A stretch of 64,000 bases of DNA from an uncultured Pelagibacteraceae bacterium (GTDB lineage: Bacteria; Pseudomonadota; Alphaproteobacteria; Pelagibacterales; Pelagibacteraceae), in NCBI GenBank assembly GCA_902603945.1, contig CACKWP010000001.1, positions 38,742 to 102,741 of the forward strand, in the 5' to 3' direction. Below, one piece after another: positions 47,993-59,858 of this stretch. The notes beneath the pieces were generated by a model that saw only the letters and a list, made by a program, of their open reading frames with translations, was not told the DNA's origin and ran no database searches. Every line of letters begins with the position of its first letter. Position 1 is the first letter of the stretch. A program made the position numbers and the translations under genes.

Positions 47993-48922
47993 ATGACTAA
48001 AAACGTTTTAACTGTTGAAAATCTAACTAAAATTTATTCGAATTCTAAAACAAAAAAGGAAAATAAAGCTCTATCGAATTTAAATTTTGAGGTGAAACAA
48101 GGTGAAGTTTTTGGATTATTGGGGCCTAATGGTGCAGGAAAAACAACCTTTTTAAGTATATTAGGAGGCACCGTGATTAAAACAGCAGGGAATATTAATG
48201 TGTGGGGTTTTGATTTAGATAAAAATCCTAGACAAGTTAGAGCATCCTTAGGGATTGTTCCTCAAGAAGTAAACTTAGATGCTTTTTTTAGCCCACAACA
48301 ACTTTTAGAACTTCAAGCAGGTTTATATGGTATTACAAAAAAGGATAGAATTACGGACTTGATATTAAAAATGGTTGCCCTGGAGGACAAAGCAAATGCA
48401 TATTCAAGAAGTCTGTCTGGGGGTATGAAGAGAAGATTGCTTATAGCCAAAGCAATGGTTCATCAACCTCCAATATTAATTCTTGACGAACCTACGGCTG
48501 GTGTCGATGTTGAATTAAGAAATAATCTTTGGGAAAATGTAAAAGAATTAAACAAAGAGGGTGTAACGATAATTTTAACTACGCATTATCTTCTCGAAGC
48601 ACAGGAAATGTGTGATCGTATAGCAATACTTGATAAAGGTAATCTTGTGGCTCTTGATACAACTGAAAGACTTTTAGAAAGAATTCAAACAAAGAAAATT
48701 AAATTTAAAGTTAAAGATTTCGATTTAAATACTGAATTATCAATGAAGGGTATTGAATTTGGTATTATTTCAAAAAATATAATTGGAGCTTCATATAAAA
48801 AAAATTCCTTAAATTTTACAGAAATTATCAATTACTTAAATAAAAATAACATTAAAATAGAAGATATTTCAACAGATGATGGTGATTTAGAGGACGTTTT
48901 TGTTCAATTAACAAAGCACTAG
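47993..48922 (+). CDS. ABC transporter ATP-binding protein (YadG-like)
   Basis: GPNGAGKT, LSGGM, ILDEPTAGVD; no adjacent permease. Confidence 0.9.
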   Translation: MTKNVLTVENLTKIYSNSKTKKENKALSNLNFEVKQGEVFGLLGPNGAGKTTFLSILGGTVIKTAGNINVWGFDLDKNPRQVRASLGIVPQEVNLDAFFSPQQLLELQAGLYGITKKDRITDLILKMVALEDKANAYSRSLSGGMKRRLLIAKAMVHQPPILILDEPTAGVDVELRNNLWENVKELNKEGVTIILTTHYLLEAQEMCDRIAILDKGNLVALDTTERLLERIQTKKIKFKVKDFDLNTELSMKGIEFGIISKNIIGASYKKNSLNFTEIINYLNKNNIKIEDISTDDGDLEDVFVQLTKH

Positions 48923-48953
48923 ATTTTATTTAAAAAAAAGTTAAATTAACGCT

Positions 48954-49505
48954 ATGGAACTAGTAAAAAATTTAAAAAATTCAAAAATAATTAAATATAC
49001 TTTCGTTGCGTTACTTGGAAGTATTTTATTAGCTATATCATCAAAAGTTAAGATACCATTTTATCCTGTGCCAATGACAATGCAAACTTTAGTGGTTATT
49101 GTGATAGGTATTGCTTTTGGTTGGAAATTAGGATTAGCAACTATCTCATTATATTTATTTGAAGGTATTCTTGGAATGCCTGTTTTTTCTGGTACACCTG
49201 AAAAAGGAGTTGGTCTTATCTATTTCACTGGGCCAACAATGGGATATTTAATTGGTTTCTTGGTTGCAGTTTTTTTAGCAGGTAGGTTTGTTTACAATGA
49301 TAATTCCGTTCAAAATTTTTTGAAAATTTTATTAGCCACAAGCTTTATTTATTTATTAGGTATAATATGGTTAGGAAGTTTAATTGGATGGGATAAGCCA
49401 ATTTTCAAACTGGGAGTACAACCTTTTCTATTAGCTGAACTATTTAAAATTTTGATAGCAACTTTTGCGATTAAACAAATATTAAAAATAAGAAAATTTA
49501 TTTAG
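48954..49505 (+). CDS. bioY: Biotin transporter S-component
   Basis: PVPMTMQT, GMPVFS, GPTMGYLIGF. Confidence 0.92.
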   Translation: MELVKNLKNSKIIKYTFVALLGSILLAISSKVKIPFYPVPMTMQTLVVIVIGIAFGWKLGLATISLYLFEGILGMPVFSGTPEKGVGLIYFTGPTMGYLIGFLVAVFLAGRFVYNDNSVQNFLKILLATSFIYLLGIIWLGSLIGWDKPIFKLGVQPFLLAELFKILIATFAIKQILKIRKFI

Positions 49506-49506
49506 A

Positions 49507-50079
49507 TTATCTCGGAGATCTTTTGGAAAGAATTCTTTGAAGTGTTCTTCTGTGCATCTTTAATCTTCTAGCTGTCTCTGAAACATTTCTATTACATAGT
49601 TCGAAAACTCTATGAATATGTTCCCATTTTACACGATCAGCTGACATCGGATTTTCTGGGGGTTTGGCCTTAGATTCTGGTGATGCTAATAATGCCGACT
49701 CAACATCATCTGCATCAACTGGTTTAGCAATATAATCAATGGCTCCGGCTTTGACTGCGGCTACAGCCGTAGGTAGATTCCCGTAACCCGTTAACATTAC
49801 AATTCTGCTATCTTTTTTGTTTTTAGATAGTTCTTTCACAACATCAAGCCCACTTCCATCCTCAAGCCTTAAATCAACGCAGGCAAAGCTTGGGGGCTTG
49901 GTTTTAACTATGTTCAGCCCTTCAGCTACTGTTTTGGCCTCTTTGACTTGAAAACCCTTCTTTTCCATGGCTCTAGCCAGTCTTCCTCTTAGAGGATCGT
50001 CGTCATCAACGATTAATAGCGTTTTATCTGCAAACTCAGACAATTTTAGCTGCTCTGGCAAATTTTTTAATGTTCTCAT
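49507..50079 (-). CDS. regA: RegA/PrrA/ActR redox response regulator
   Basis: PPENPMSADRVKWEHI..NVSETARRLKMHRRTLQRILSKRSPR. Confidence 0.95.
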   Translation of the reverse strand: MRTLKNLPEQLKLSEFADKTLLIVDDDDPLRGRLARAMEKKGFQVKEAKTVAEGLNIVKTKPPSFACVDLRLEDGSGLDVVKELSKNKKDSRIVMLTGYGNLPTAVAAVKAGAIDYIAKPVDADDVESALLASPESKAKPPENPMSADRVKWEHIHRVFELCNRNVSETARRLKMHRRTLQRILSKRSPR

Positions 50080-50238
50080 GAATAAAGATATGGGTACAAT
50101 TTATGTGAATACAACAGTCAAATAGCGACATTTTTTCCTTTACACAGAGTCAAAAAAACCTTAAACGCAAAATAATTAAGGTTTTTTTTATTAAATTTTT
50201 TAAAAAACCTTTGTGTAAACAAACGAGGGACACATGAA

Positions 50239-51420
50239 ATGGGAAAATTTAAATCAGTTAACGAATTAGTTAACTTATTACAACCAGATTATCCCGTATA
50301 TTGCATACGGCTTAACGAGATTAAAAAATCCGTAAAGTTTTTTAAAGAAAACTTTCCAGGAAAGATACTTTACGCTGTTAAAACAAATCCTAACGAAAAA
50401 ATTATAAAACAAATAATTAATAACGGCATCAATGAATTTGATGTTGCCTCTTTAAATGAAATTAAGCTTATTAAAAAAATTAAATCAGATTCAAAGTTGC
50501 ACTTTATGCATACAATTAAAAGTAAAGAAAGTATTTCTTCAGCATACTTCGACTACGGTGTTAAAAGTTTCTCTCTAGATAGCAAAGATGAATTAAGAAA
50601 GATTTTAGATGCTACTAACCAAGCAAAAGATTTAGAGTTATTTGTAAGAATCGCAATTTCAAATGAGCATGCAGAAATAGATTTATCTAGAAAATTTGGC
50701 GCTCTTCCATCCGAAGCTTTGGGATTAGTGAGATTATGTAAAGATCATTCAAAAAAACTTGGAATAAGTTTTCATGTTGGTTCTCAGTGCATGCATAAAA
50801 TTTCTTATTCTAAGGGCATACGTGAGATAGGAAATATAATAAAAAAAACAAAGATAGTTCCAGACACAATCAATGTTGGAGGTGGTTTCCCTTCTATTTA
50901 TCCAGACCTTAATCCTGAACCATTAACAAATTATATGGACGAAATAAAAAAAGAGCTAAATAATTTAAAACTAAATAAATTACCTGAAATAATTTGTGAG
51001 CCAGGAAGATCTCTTGTAGCAGAAAGTGGATCTACAATTGTTAAAGTTATTTTAAGAAAAAAAAATAGCCTGTATATTAATGATGGAACATATGGATCTT
51101 TATTTGACGCTGGTGCACCAAACTTTGTTTTACCGTCAAAAATGATCACAGACAGAAGAGTTCAGTCTAAAAAACTTACCGCTTTTAGTTTTTTTGGACC
51201 TACTTGTGATGGATTAGATTACATGAAAGGTCCTTTTTTGTTACCAAATAATATTAAAGAAGGTGACTATATAGAGTTAGGTCAGCTAGGTGCTTACAGT
51301 CTTACTTTTAGAACAAACTTCAATGGTTTTTATTCAAATGAAATTCACGAATTAAGTGACAAACCAATTATATCTATGTACGATAATACAAATGATAAAG
51401 TTGGTTCTTTAGTAGCTTAA
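50239..51420 (+). CDS. Fold-type III PLP-dependent Orn/Lys/Arg decarboxylase
   Basis: YAVKTN, FDVAS, FHVGSQ, GGGF, EPGR, GPTCD, GAYS; about 390 aa (ODC-sized). Confidence 0.9.
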   Translation: MGKFKSVNELVNLLQPDYPVYCIRLNEIKKSVKFFKENFPGKILYAVKTNPNEKIIKQIINNGINEFDVASLNEIKLIKKIKSDSKLHFMHTIKSKESISSAYFDYGVKSFSLDSKDELRKILDATNQAKDLELFVRIAISNEHAEIDLSRKFGALPSEALGLVRLCKDHSKKLGISFHVGSQCMHKISYSKGIREIGNIIKKTKIVPDTINVGGGFPSIYPDLNPEPLTNYMDEIKKELNNLKLNKLPEIICEPGRSLVAESGSTIVKVILRKKNSLYINDGTYGSLFDAGAPNFVLPSKMITDRRVQSKKLTAFSFFGPTCDGLDYMKGPFLLPNNIKEGDYIELGQLGAYSLTFRTNFNGFYSNEIHELSDKPIISMYDNTNDKVGSLVA

Positions 51421-52469
51421 TGAATAAAAAAAATAGTCCAAACATCGGACACAATAAAAAATCTTTACTCAATTCACCGGTTGAACATATCGATATCAAA
51501 TCTTTTGATGCTCGTAAGATTATTGATGGGATGAGTAAAATGTCTTTTACTTCTAGAGATACAGCTAGAGCAGCAGTTATTTTTAATGAAATGCTTGCAG
51601 ATAAGGATTGTTCAATTTTTTTAACTTTAGCAGGTTCAACCTCAGCAGGTGGATGTATGGATTTATATGCTGATTTAGTAAAACATAATATGGTGGATGC
51701 TATTGTGGCTACTGGAGCCTCTATTATTGATATGGATTTTTTTGAAGCTCTAGGCTTCAAACATTATCAAGGATCTCAATTTCAAGATGATACTGAGCTT
51801 AGAAATAACTATATAGATAGAATCTATGACACCTATATAGACGAGGAAGAGCTACAAGCATGTGACCAAACTATTTGCGATATTGCTAATACATTAAAAC
51901 CTAAAACTTATACCTCAAGAGAATTCATATTAGAGTTAGGAAAATATCTCAAATCTAACTCTAAAAAAAAAGGTTCTTTAATAGAGACTGCATACGATAA
52001 TAACGTTCCAATATTTTGCCCAGCTTTCACCGATAGCTCAGCAGGTTTTGGGCTTGTAATGCATCAAGAAAAAAATCCTGATAAACATATTACAATAGAC
52101 TCTATAAGAGAATTTAGAGAGTTGACTGAAATTAAACTTAAATCAAAGCAATCAGGACTACTGATGATTGGGGGAGGAGTGCCCAAAAATTTCATTCAGG
52201 ACACGGTAGTTTGTGCAGAGTTATTAGGCAAAAAGGTCGATATGCATAAATATGCAATACAAATTACTGTTGCGGATACTAGAGATGGTGCTTGTAGTAG
52301 CTCTACATTAAAAGAAGCTAGCTCATGGGGTAAAGTTGATATCACAAAAGAACAAATGGTATTTGCTGAGGCTACGAGCGTATTGCCATTAATTGCAAGT
52401 GATGCATATCACAGAGCTAATTGGAAAAAGAGAACAAAAAAAAATTTTTCAAAAATTTTCAAGTCTTAA
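51420..52469 (+). CDS. Deoxyhypusine synthase-like protein (homospermidine pathway)
   Basis: IDRIYDTYI, PAFTDSS, GGGVPKNF, DGACSSSTLKEASSWGK, EAT. Confidence 0.9.
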   Translation: MNKKNSPNIGHNKKSLLNSPVEHIDIKSFDARKIIDGMSKMSFTSRDTARAAVIFNEMLADKDCSIFLTLAGSTSAGGCMDLYADLVKHNMVDAIVATGASIIDMDFFEALGFKHYQGSQFQDDTELRNNYIDRIYDTYIDEEELQACDQTICDIANTLKPKTYTSREFILELGKYLKSNSKKKGSLIETAYDNNVPIFCPAFTDSSAGFGLVMHQEKNPDKHITIDSIREFRELTEIKLKSKQSGLLMIGGGVPKNFIQDTVVCAELLGKKVDMHKYAIQITVADTRDGACSSSTLKEASSWGKVDITKEQMVFAEATSVLPLIASDAYHRANWKKRTKKNFSKIFKS

Positions 52470-53351
52470 ATGAATTACTTAAACGAGAAAAAGGGTTTTT
52501 TGGGATTTGATGCACGTCATAGATCCAAGTCAAGAGTAGTTGTTGTGCCGTTTGGTTTAGAAAAAACCGTTAGTTATGGTAGCGGAACTAAGAATGGACC
52601 AAAAGAAATAATTAAAGCCTCACATCAAGTTGAATTATTTGATGAAGAGTTAAATAAAGAACCTTACAAAGAAATTGGCATTCAAACTTTAAAACCTTTT
52701 AAAATAAAAAGTAAATTAAATGATGCTTTAAATCAATTATCAGAAATTAATGAAAAGATACTATCTGAAAAAAAATTTCCATTAGTCTTAGGAGGTGAAC
52801 ACTCTATTACACCAGGATCTATTAAACCTTTCGCTAAAAGATATAAAGAATTAATCCTTCTTCATTTTGACGCTCATGCTGATTTACGAGAAAGTTACCA
52901 AGGAGAAAAATTTTCTCATGCTTCAGCAATTAAACGATGCCTTGATTTTAAAAATTTAAAAGTTGTATCTTTTGGGGTCAGAAATCTTTCAAAAACTGAA
53001 ATGGCTTATTATATTAAGAATAAAAGTAGGATAGAAATTTTTTGGGCTAAAGATAAAAAAAATTGGGATCTAAAAAAATTAGATAATTTATTTGAGAACA
53101 AGCAGGTTTATATAACTTTTGATGTTGATAGTTTTGATGCAAGTATTATGCCAGCAACCGGAACTCCAGAACCAGGTGGATTGTTTTGGGACGAAATTTT
53201 GCCAATAATAAAAAGGGTCTGTCAAATATCAAATATAGTTGGTGCAGATATTAATGAACTCGCACCAATAAAAAAATTTGACTCATATAATTTTTTAGTA
53301 GCAAAATTAGCTTATAAGATCCTTTCATATTCTTTTGAATTTAAACGTTAA
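52470..53351 (+). CDS. speB: Agmatinase-family ureohydrolase
   Basis: GGEHSIT, DAHAD, DVDSFD, TGTPEPGG. Confidence 0.88.
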   Translation: MNYLNEKKGFLGFDARHRSKSRVVVVPFGLEKTVSYGSGTKNGPKEIIKASHQVELFDEELNKEPYKEIGIQTLKPFKIKSKLNDALNQLSEINEKILSEKKFPLVLGGEHSITPGSIKPFAKRYKELILLHFDAHADLRESYQGEKFSHASAIKRCLDFKNLKVVSFGVRNLSKTEMAYYIKNKSRIEIFWAKDKKNWDLKKLDNLFENKQVYITFDVDSFDASIMPATGTPEPGGLFWDEILPIIKRVCQISNIVGADINELAPIKKFDSYNFLVAKLAYKILSYSFEFKR

Positions 53352-54633
53352 GTAAAATGTTTTTTGGTGACCAGCTGATAACAACTGAGGCGCCACCTAA
53401 ATTTTTATCTTCTTTAAAAATCAATTTTGCATTTTGTCTTTCCAATAGAGTCTTTCCTAAAAAAGTTCCAAGACCTAAACCGGAATTAGGATTTATTTCT
53501 TTAGATTTTGATTTAATATAAGGCTCTCCGATTTTCTGAATTATATCATCTGGGAAACCAGGCCCGTCATCATTTACAATTATTTTAATTTCTTTCTCGT
53601 CACTATATAGAAAAACATTTACTTTACTTTTTGAAAACTTTATAGCGTTTCCTATAAAATTTCTTAAACCATATATCATCTCTGGTGATCTCTTTATCTC
53701 AATTTTGTTTTTATCATTATCTAAAACTAAATTTATATCTTTAGAAGACGTTTCTTTAAAAGAATTTAAAATTTCTTCCAAAAGATCTTCTAATTTAATT
53801 GAGCTGAAGAATTTATCTTTCTCTATTTGTTTTTTTGAAATTTTTTTTAAAATATCACTGCATCTTTTTGATTGACTGATTAATAAATCTATATCTTTTG
53901 ATAATTCACTATTATTGCCAATTTCTTTTTTTAATTCTTTAGATACTACAGAAATGGTAGCCAAAGGTGTCCCTAGTGAGTGAGCTGCTGCTGCCGCTTG
54001 CCCTCCTAAAGATTCTAATTCATACTCTTTATAAATTACTTCTTGTAATTTATTTAAAGCTTCAGAAGTTTTCTTCTTTTCACCCGCAAAGCGTATACCA
54101 AAATAGCTCAAAAAAACTAAACCAATGAAAATTGATATTATTATTCCAATTTTATAAAAATTAGGAAAATGAAGTAAGTCCATTTCTTCTCCAGGTAAAG
54201 GAAGATGATAAAATGAAATAATTAATAAAAGTAATGATGTTATCAATCCTAAAATAATGGTCGTTCCCATGCTTAAGAAAGTGGATGAAACTATTGCTGG
54301 AATAATAAGTAAAAAACAAAATGGATTAAATATGCCGCCAGTTAAATATAATAAAATACTTAATTGTATTAGATCATAAACTAAAAAAACTGATGCATAT
54401 AAATCTTTTAGTTGATTATATTTAATTCCAAATTGTAAATAAAAATTCGTAGCTAAACCTACACAGATTATTAGATAGCTTAACTCAATCGGAAACGTTA
54501 ACTTAAGGTAGAAATATACTACACTGATAGCTAAAAACTGCCCAAAAATGGCGATATATCTAAGAATTGTTAGAGTATTTTTATCTAGGTTAAGGTTCTC
54601 TTTTGTCCTAAAAAGAGTGGATAGATTCATCAA
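53341..54633 (-). CDS. regB: RegB/PrrB/ActS redox sensor kinase
   Basis: TGGIFNPF quinone-binding motif, AAAAHSLGTPL, RC redox Cys, DDGPGF. Confidence 0.93.
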   Translation of the reverse strand: MMNLSTLFRTKENLNLDKNTLTILRYIAIFGQFLAISVVYFYLKLTFPIELSYLIICVGLATNFYLQFGIKYNQLKDLYASVFLVYDLIQLSILLYLTGGIFNPFCFLLIIPAIVSSTFLSMGTTIILGLITSLLLLIISFYHLPLPGEEMDLLHFPNFYKIGIIISIFIGLVFLSYFGIRFAGEKKKTSEALNKLQEVIYKEYELESLGGQAAAAAHSLGTPLATISVVSKELKKEIGNNSELSKDIDLLISQSKRCSDILKKISKKQIEKDKFFSSIKLEDLLEEILNSFKETSSKDINLVLDNDKNKIEIKRSPEMIYGLRNFIGNAIKFSKSKVNVFLYSDEKEIKIIVNDDGPGFPDDIIQKIGEPYIKSKSKEINPNSGLGLGTFLGKTLLERQNAKLIFKEDKNLGGASVVISWSPKNILLNV

Positions 54634-54637
54634 AATA

Positions 54638-56698
<2,061 letters not shown>

Positions 56699-56825
56699 TT
56701 AGAATTTATCATCATATCATTTTTTTAATTGAATAGAAAACTGCTTTTAGGCACATCCACTTAAAACTATTTAGTATCAACAATTATAGAGCTAAAAATA
56801 AAAAAAAATCTAAAAACCGATAAAA

Positions 56826-57941
56826 TCAGATTTTCATTGGCATTATAACGTAATAACTATTTTTATCTGAAATGTCCTCTATTAAGACTGGTGAAACAGA
56901 GTCTTTAAGATTCATTTTTAGATTAGTGTTTTCAACTTCTGAAGCAATATCAATTAAATATTTTGAATTAAAACTTATGTTTAGATTTTCCGAGTTAAAT
57001 TCTGCCTTTATTTTTTCATTTCCTTCTCCTGAATTAGCGCTATTTACAGAAAGCTGAACATTATCTTTATTTATAAGTAGTTTTACTCCCTCTTTTCTAT
57101 CGAGTGAAACACTTGCAACTCTTTCAATTGAATTTATAAAATCTTTTGAGGATACAACTAGAGTTTTATCGTTTTGAGTTGGAACTACTTTTTTATAATC
57201 AGGAAATTTCCCATCAATTACTTTAGAAATCAATTTTATGCTCCCAAGTGTAAATTTTATTTTATTGTCGCTGGTTTGCATAGTTAATGGTTCCTTGGCC
57301 TCAGCTAAGAGTGAGCACAATTGAAATACTGTCTTTCTTGGTAAAATAATAGAGGTAAAATCATTCATTTTATCTACCTCCAAACTGCTGGAGGATAATC
57401 TATGACTATCCGTAGCAACGCCTGTTAAAAAATTTCTTCCATGAGCCTCTGTAAGATGTAGAAATATTCCATTAAGATAGTGTCTAGTATCGTCATTTGA
57501 TATTGAAATTCTTGTTTTATTTAAAAGTTTTAAAAATCTATTGTTATTTAATGAAATTTCTCTACCTTCAAACTCATCTGCAAAAGTTGGGAAATTATCA
57601 GTTGGTAAGCACAGTAGATTAAAATCTGCACTTTCACTTTTTAAACTTAGTCTATTTTCTGATTTTAATTCAAAGTTTAATTCTGAGTCAGACGAAATTT
57701 TTCTTAAAATATCATAAAGTATTGCTGCAGAAGTTGTGGTACTTCCTTCGTTAATTATTTTGACATTGCTTATTTCATCATAAAAAATAATGTCAAGATC
57801 AGTTGCAACAATAGATAGTTTTTTATTTTTAAGTTGAAGTAGAACATTTGAAAGTATAGGAAGAGTATTTTTCTTTTCCACCACTCCTTGAACAAAATTT
57901 AATGATTTCAATAAAATATCTCTTTTTACAACAAACTGCAT
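56826..57941 (-). CDS. dnaN: DNA polymerase III beta clamp
   Basis: PILSNVL, ATDLD, TRHYLNG, FPDY, VIMPM. Confidence 0.96.
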   Translation of the reverse strand: MQFVVKRDILLKSLNFVQGVVEKKNTLPILSNVLLQLKNKKLSIVATDLDIIFYDEISNVKIINEGSTTTSAAILYDILRKISSDSELNFELKSENRLSLKSESADFNLLCLPTDNFPTFADEFEGREISLNNNRFLKLLNKTRISISNDDTRHYLNGIFLHLTEAHGRNFLTGVATDSHRLSSSSLEVDKMNDFTSIILPRKTVFQLCSLLAEAKEPLTMQTSDNKIKFTLGSIKLISKVIDGKFPDYKKVVPTQNDKTLVVSSKDFINSIERVASVSLDRKEGVKLLINKDNVQLSVNSANSGEGNEKIKAEFNSENLNISFNSKYLIDIASEVENTNLKMNLKDSVSPVLIEDISDKNSYYVIMPMKI

Positions 57942-57945
57942 TTAT

Positions 57946-59337
57946 CTACTGCTCTAATAATAAACTTTTTATCTGACTAATATTCTTTTTCATCTCATCA
58001 TCTTGCTCAGATAATCTAGTAATAGTTTTTACTGCATGTATAACCGTAGTATGATCACGGTTTGCAAATCTTCTTCCAATTTCCGGTAAGGACCGAGTTG
58101 TCATTTTTTTTGCTAAGTACATTGCTATCTGTCTTGGCCTAGCAAGTGGTCGCGATCTTCTTTGAGAGAGCATTTCACTTAAAGCAATATTAAAATAATT
58201 TGAAACAGTGTTTTGTATTTTATCGACTGTAATAACTCTAATTTGATTAAAAACATCTTTTAAAATATTTTTACAATCACTTATATTCAAATCTTTGTTA
58301 TGAACTCTGCTAAATGCAATGACTCTATTTAATATACCAATCAGCTCCCTAATATTTGTTTTGCTTTCAGTGGCTACATAATTAATAACTTCATCACTTA
58401 GATTAATTTTTTCTTTAAATTGACTCTCAATTTCTTCTATTTTCTTTTTTATTATTTTTATTTTTAAATCCAAATCTGGTGTTTCAATATCAACTACCAA
58501 ACCCCCGGCTAATCTTGATTTAATTCTTTCTTGTACTCTATCAAGCTTCATTGGTGCTCTATCTGCTGAAATTATTATTTGTGAGCCTTTATCCATAAGG
58601 CTGTTAAATGTATGAAAAAATTCTTCTTGTAAGCTCTCTTTTCCGCTAATAAATTGAATGTCATCAATTATAAATACTGATGATTTCCTAAAAAAATCTT
58701 TGAAATTCACCATATCATTTTTTTTTATGGATTTAATAAAATGATACATGAATCTCTCAGCTGAAATAAACATTACATTATTATTATCTTGAAGCTCTAA
58801 TCCGATTGCATTTAAAAGGTGTGTTTTGCCTAAACCTACTCCTCCACATACATATAGCGGGTTATACCTTGAAATATGCTCACATACCTTTTTCGAATAA
58901 GAAAGCGCAATATCGTTACTTTTGCCTTGTATGAAACTCTCAAAATTTAAATTAGGGTTTAACCTATTATAATTTAAAATTGAGTCTTTAATTTCGGTGA
59001 CTTTATTGAGCTCATCAATTTTTATGTATTCCTGATTTTTTTTATTTTCTTCAATTATCTTAAATTCAATTCTATTTAAACTTAGTTTAAAGCTTTTAAC
59101 TTGCTCTAAGATTTTGTCTAAATAGCGTGAAACTATCCAATCCCTAAAAAATCTTGTAGGCACACCGAGAACTAGATAGTCATTATATTCTTTTACTAAA
59201 GAGATTTTTTGTAACCAACTGTTATATACTTCGCTACCAAAAGTCTTTTTAAATGATGTTTGTATTTCTTCCCAATTTAACGTCTTTTCTTCTTCTGAAA
59301 CAAACGCATTCTGTTTTTTTATATTGTTGTTTTCCAT
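57946..59337 (-). CDS. dnaA: Chromosomal replication initiator
   Basis: YNPLY..GGVGLGKTHL, IDDIQF, QEEFFHTFN, RDHTTVIHA. Confidence 0.97.
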   Translation of the reverse strand: MENNNIKKQNAFVSEEEKTLNWEEIQTSFKKTFGSEVYNSWLQKISLVKEYNDYLVLGVPTRFFRDWIVSRYLDKILEQVKSFKLSLNRIEFKIIEENKKNQEYIKIDELNKVTEIKDSILNYNRLNPNLNFESFIQGKSNDIALSYSKKVCEHISRYNPLYVCGGVGLGKTHLLNAIGLELQDNNNVMFISAERFMYHFIKSIKKNDMVNFKDFFRKSSVFIIDDIQFISGKESLQEEFFHTFNSLMDKGSQIIISADRAPMKLDRVQERIKSRLAGGLVVDIETPDLDLKIKIIKKKIEEIESQFKEKINLSDEVINYVATESKTNIRELIGILNRVIAFSRVHNKDLNISDCKNILKDVFNQIRVITVDKIQNTVSNYFNIALSEMLSQRRSRPLARPRQIAMYLAKKMTTRSLPEIGRRFANRDHTTVIHAVKTITRLSEQDDEMKKNISQIKSLLLEQ

Positions 59338-59553
59338 GTAGATTTTTCTTAAAGAGATTCCTTTAAACGACTTTTGTAAATTTTTTGCAACTACGTATAG
59401 GTTGTAATCAAAAATAAATTTACAAATTGGTTGTACAGTTATCGTTCAGATAGAATAAAAAAATATTTTCAACTGAATGAATTAAGTTTCTACATTTGGT
59501 TATATGAAACTAAATATAGATTAAATCCTTTTGGACAATCAACTTTAAATTGA

Positions 59554-59814
59554 TTATTTAGAGGAAACTTTTTTAGAAATTCTAGAAATTTTTCTTGCAG
59601 CTGTGTTTCTACTTATAATACCAGATTTGGCAACCTGCATTAGAATTGATTGAAATTTTGAAAAATATTTTTTTGCCTTTGCCTTATCTTTATCTTTTAA
59701 ATAGATTTCCATTTGCTTTACGGCGTTCTTATATTTGCTCTTTCGAATTCTATTGACTTGGGTCTGTTTTTTAACCCTCCTTACTCTTCTGATTGCTGAT
59801 TTAGTATTTGGCAT
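59554..59814 (-). CDS. rpsT: 30S ribosomal protein S20
   Basis: MPNTKSAIRR..N, NTAARKISR. Confidence 0.93.
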   Translation of the reverse strand: MPNTKSAIRRVRRVKKQTQVNRIRKSKYKNAVKQMEIYLKDKDKAKAKKYFSKFQSILMQVAKSGIISRNTAARKISRISKKVSSK

Positions 59815-59858
59815 TTTTTAGGATTGTATATATGTGCAATTTAACATGGTCAACTTTA

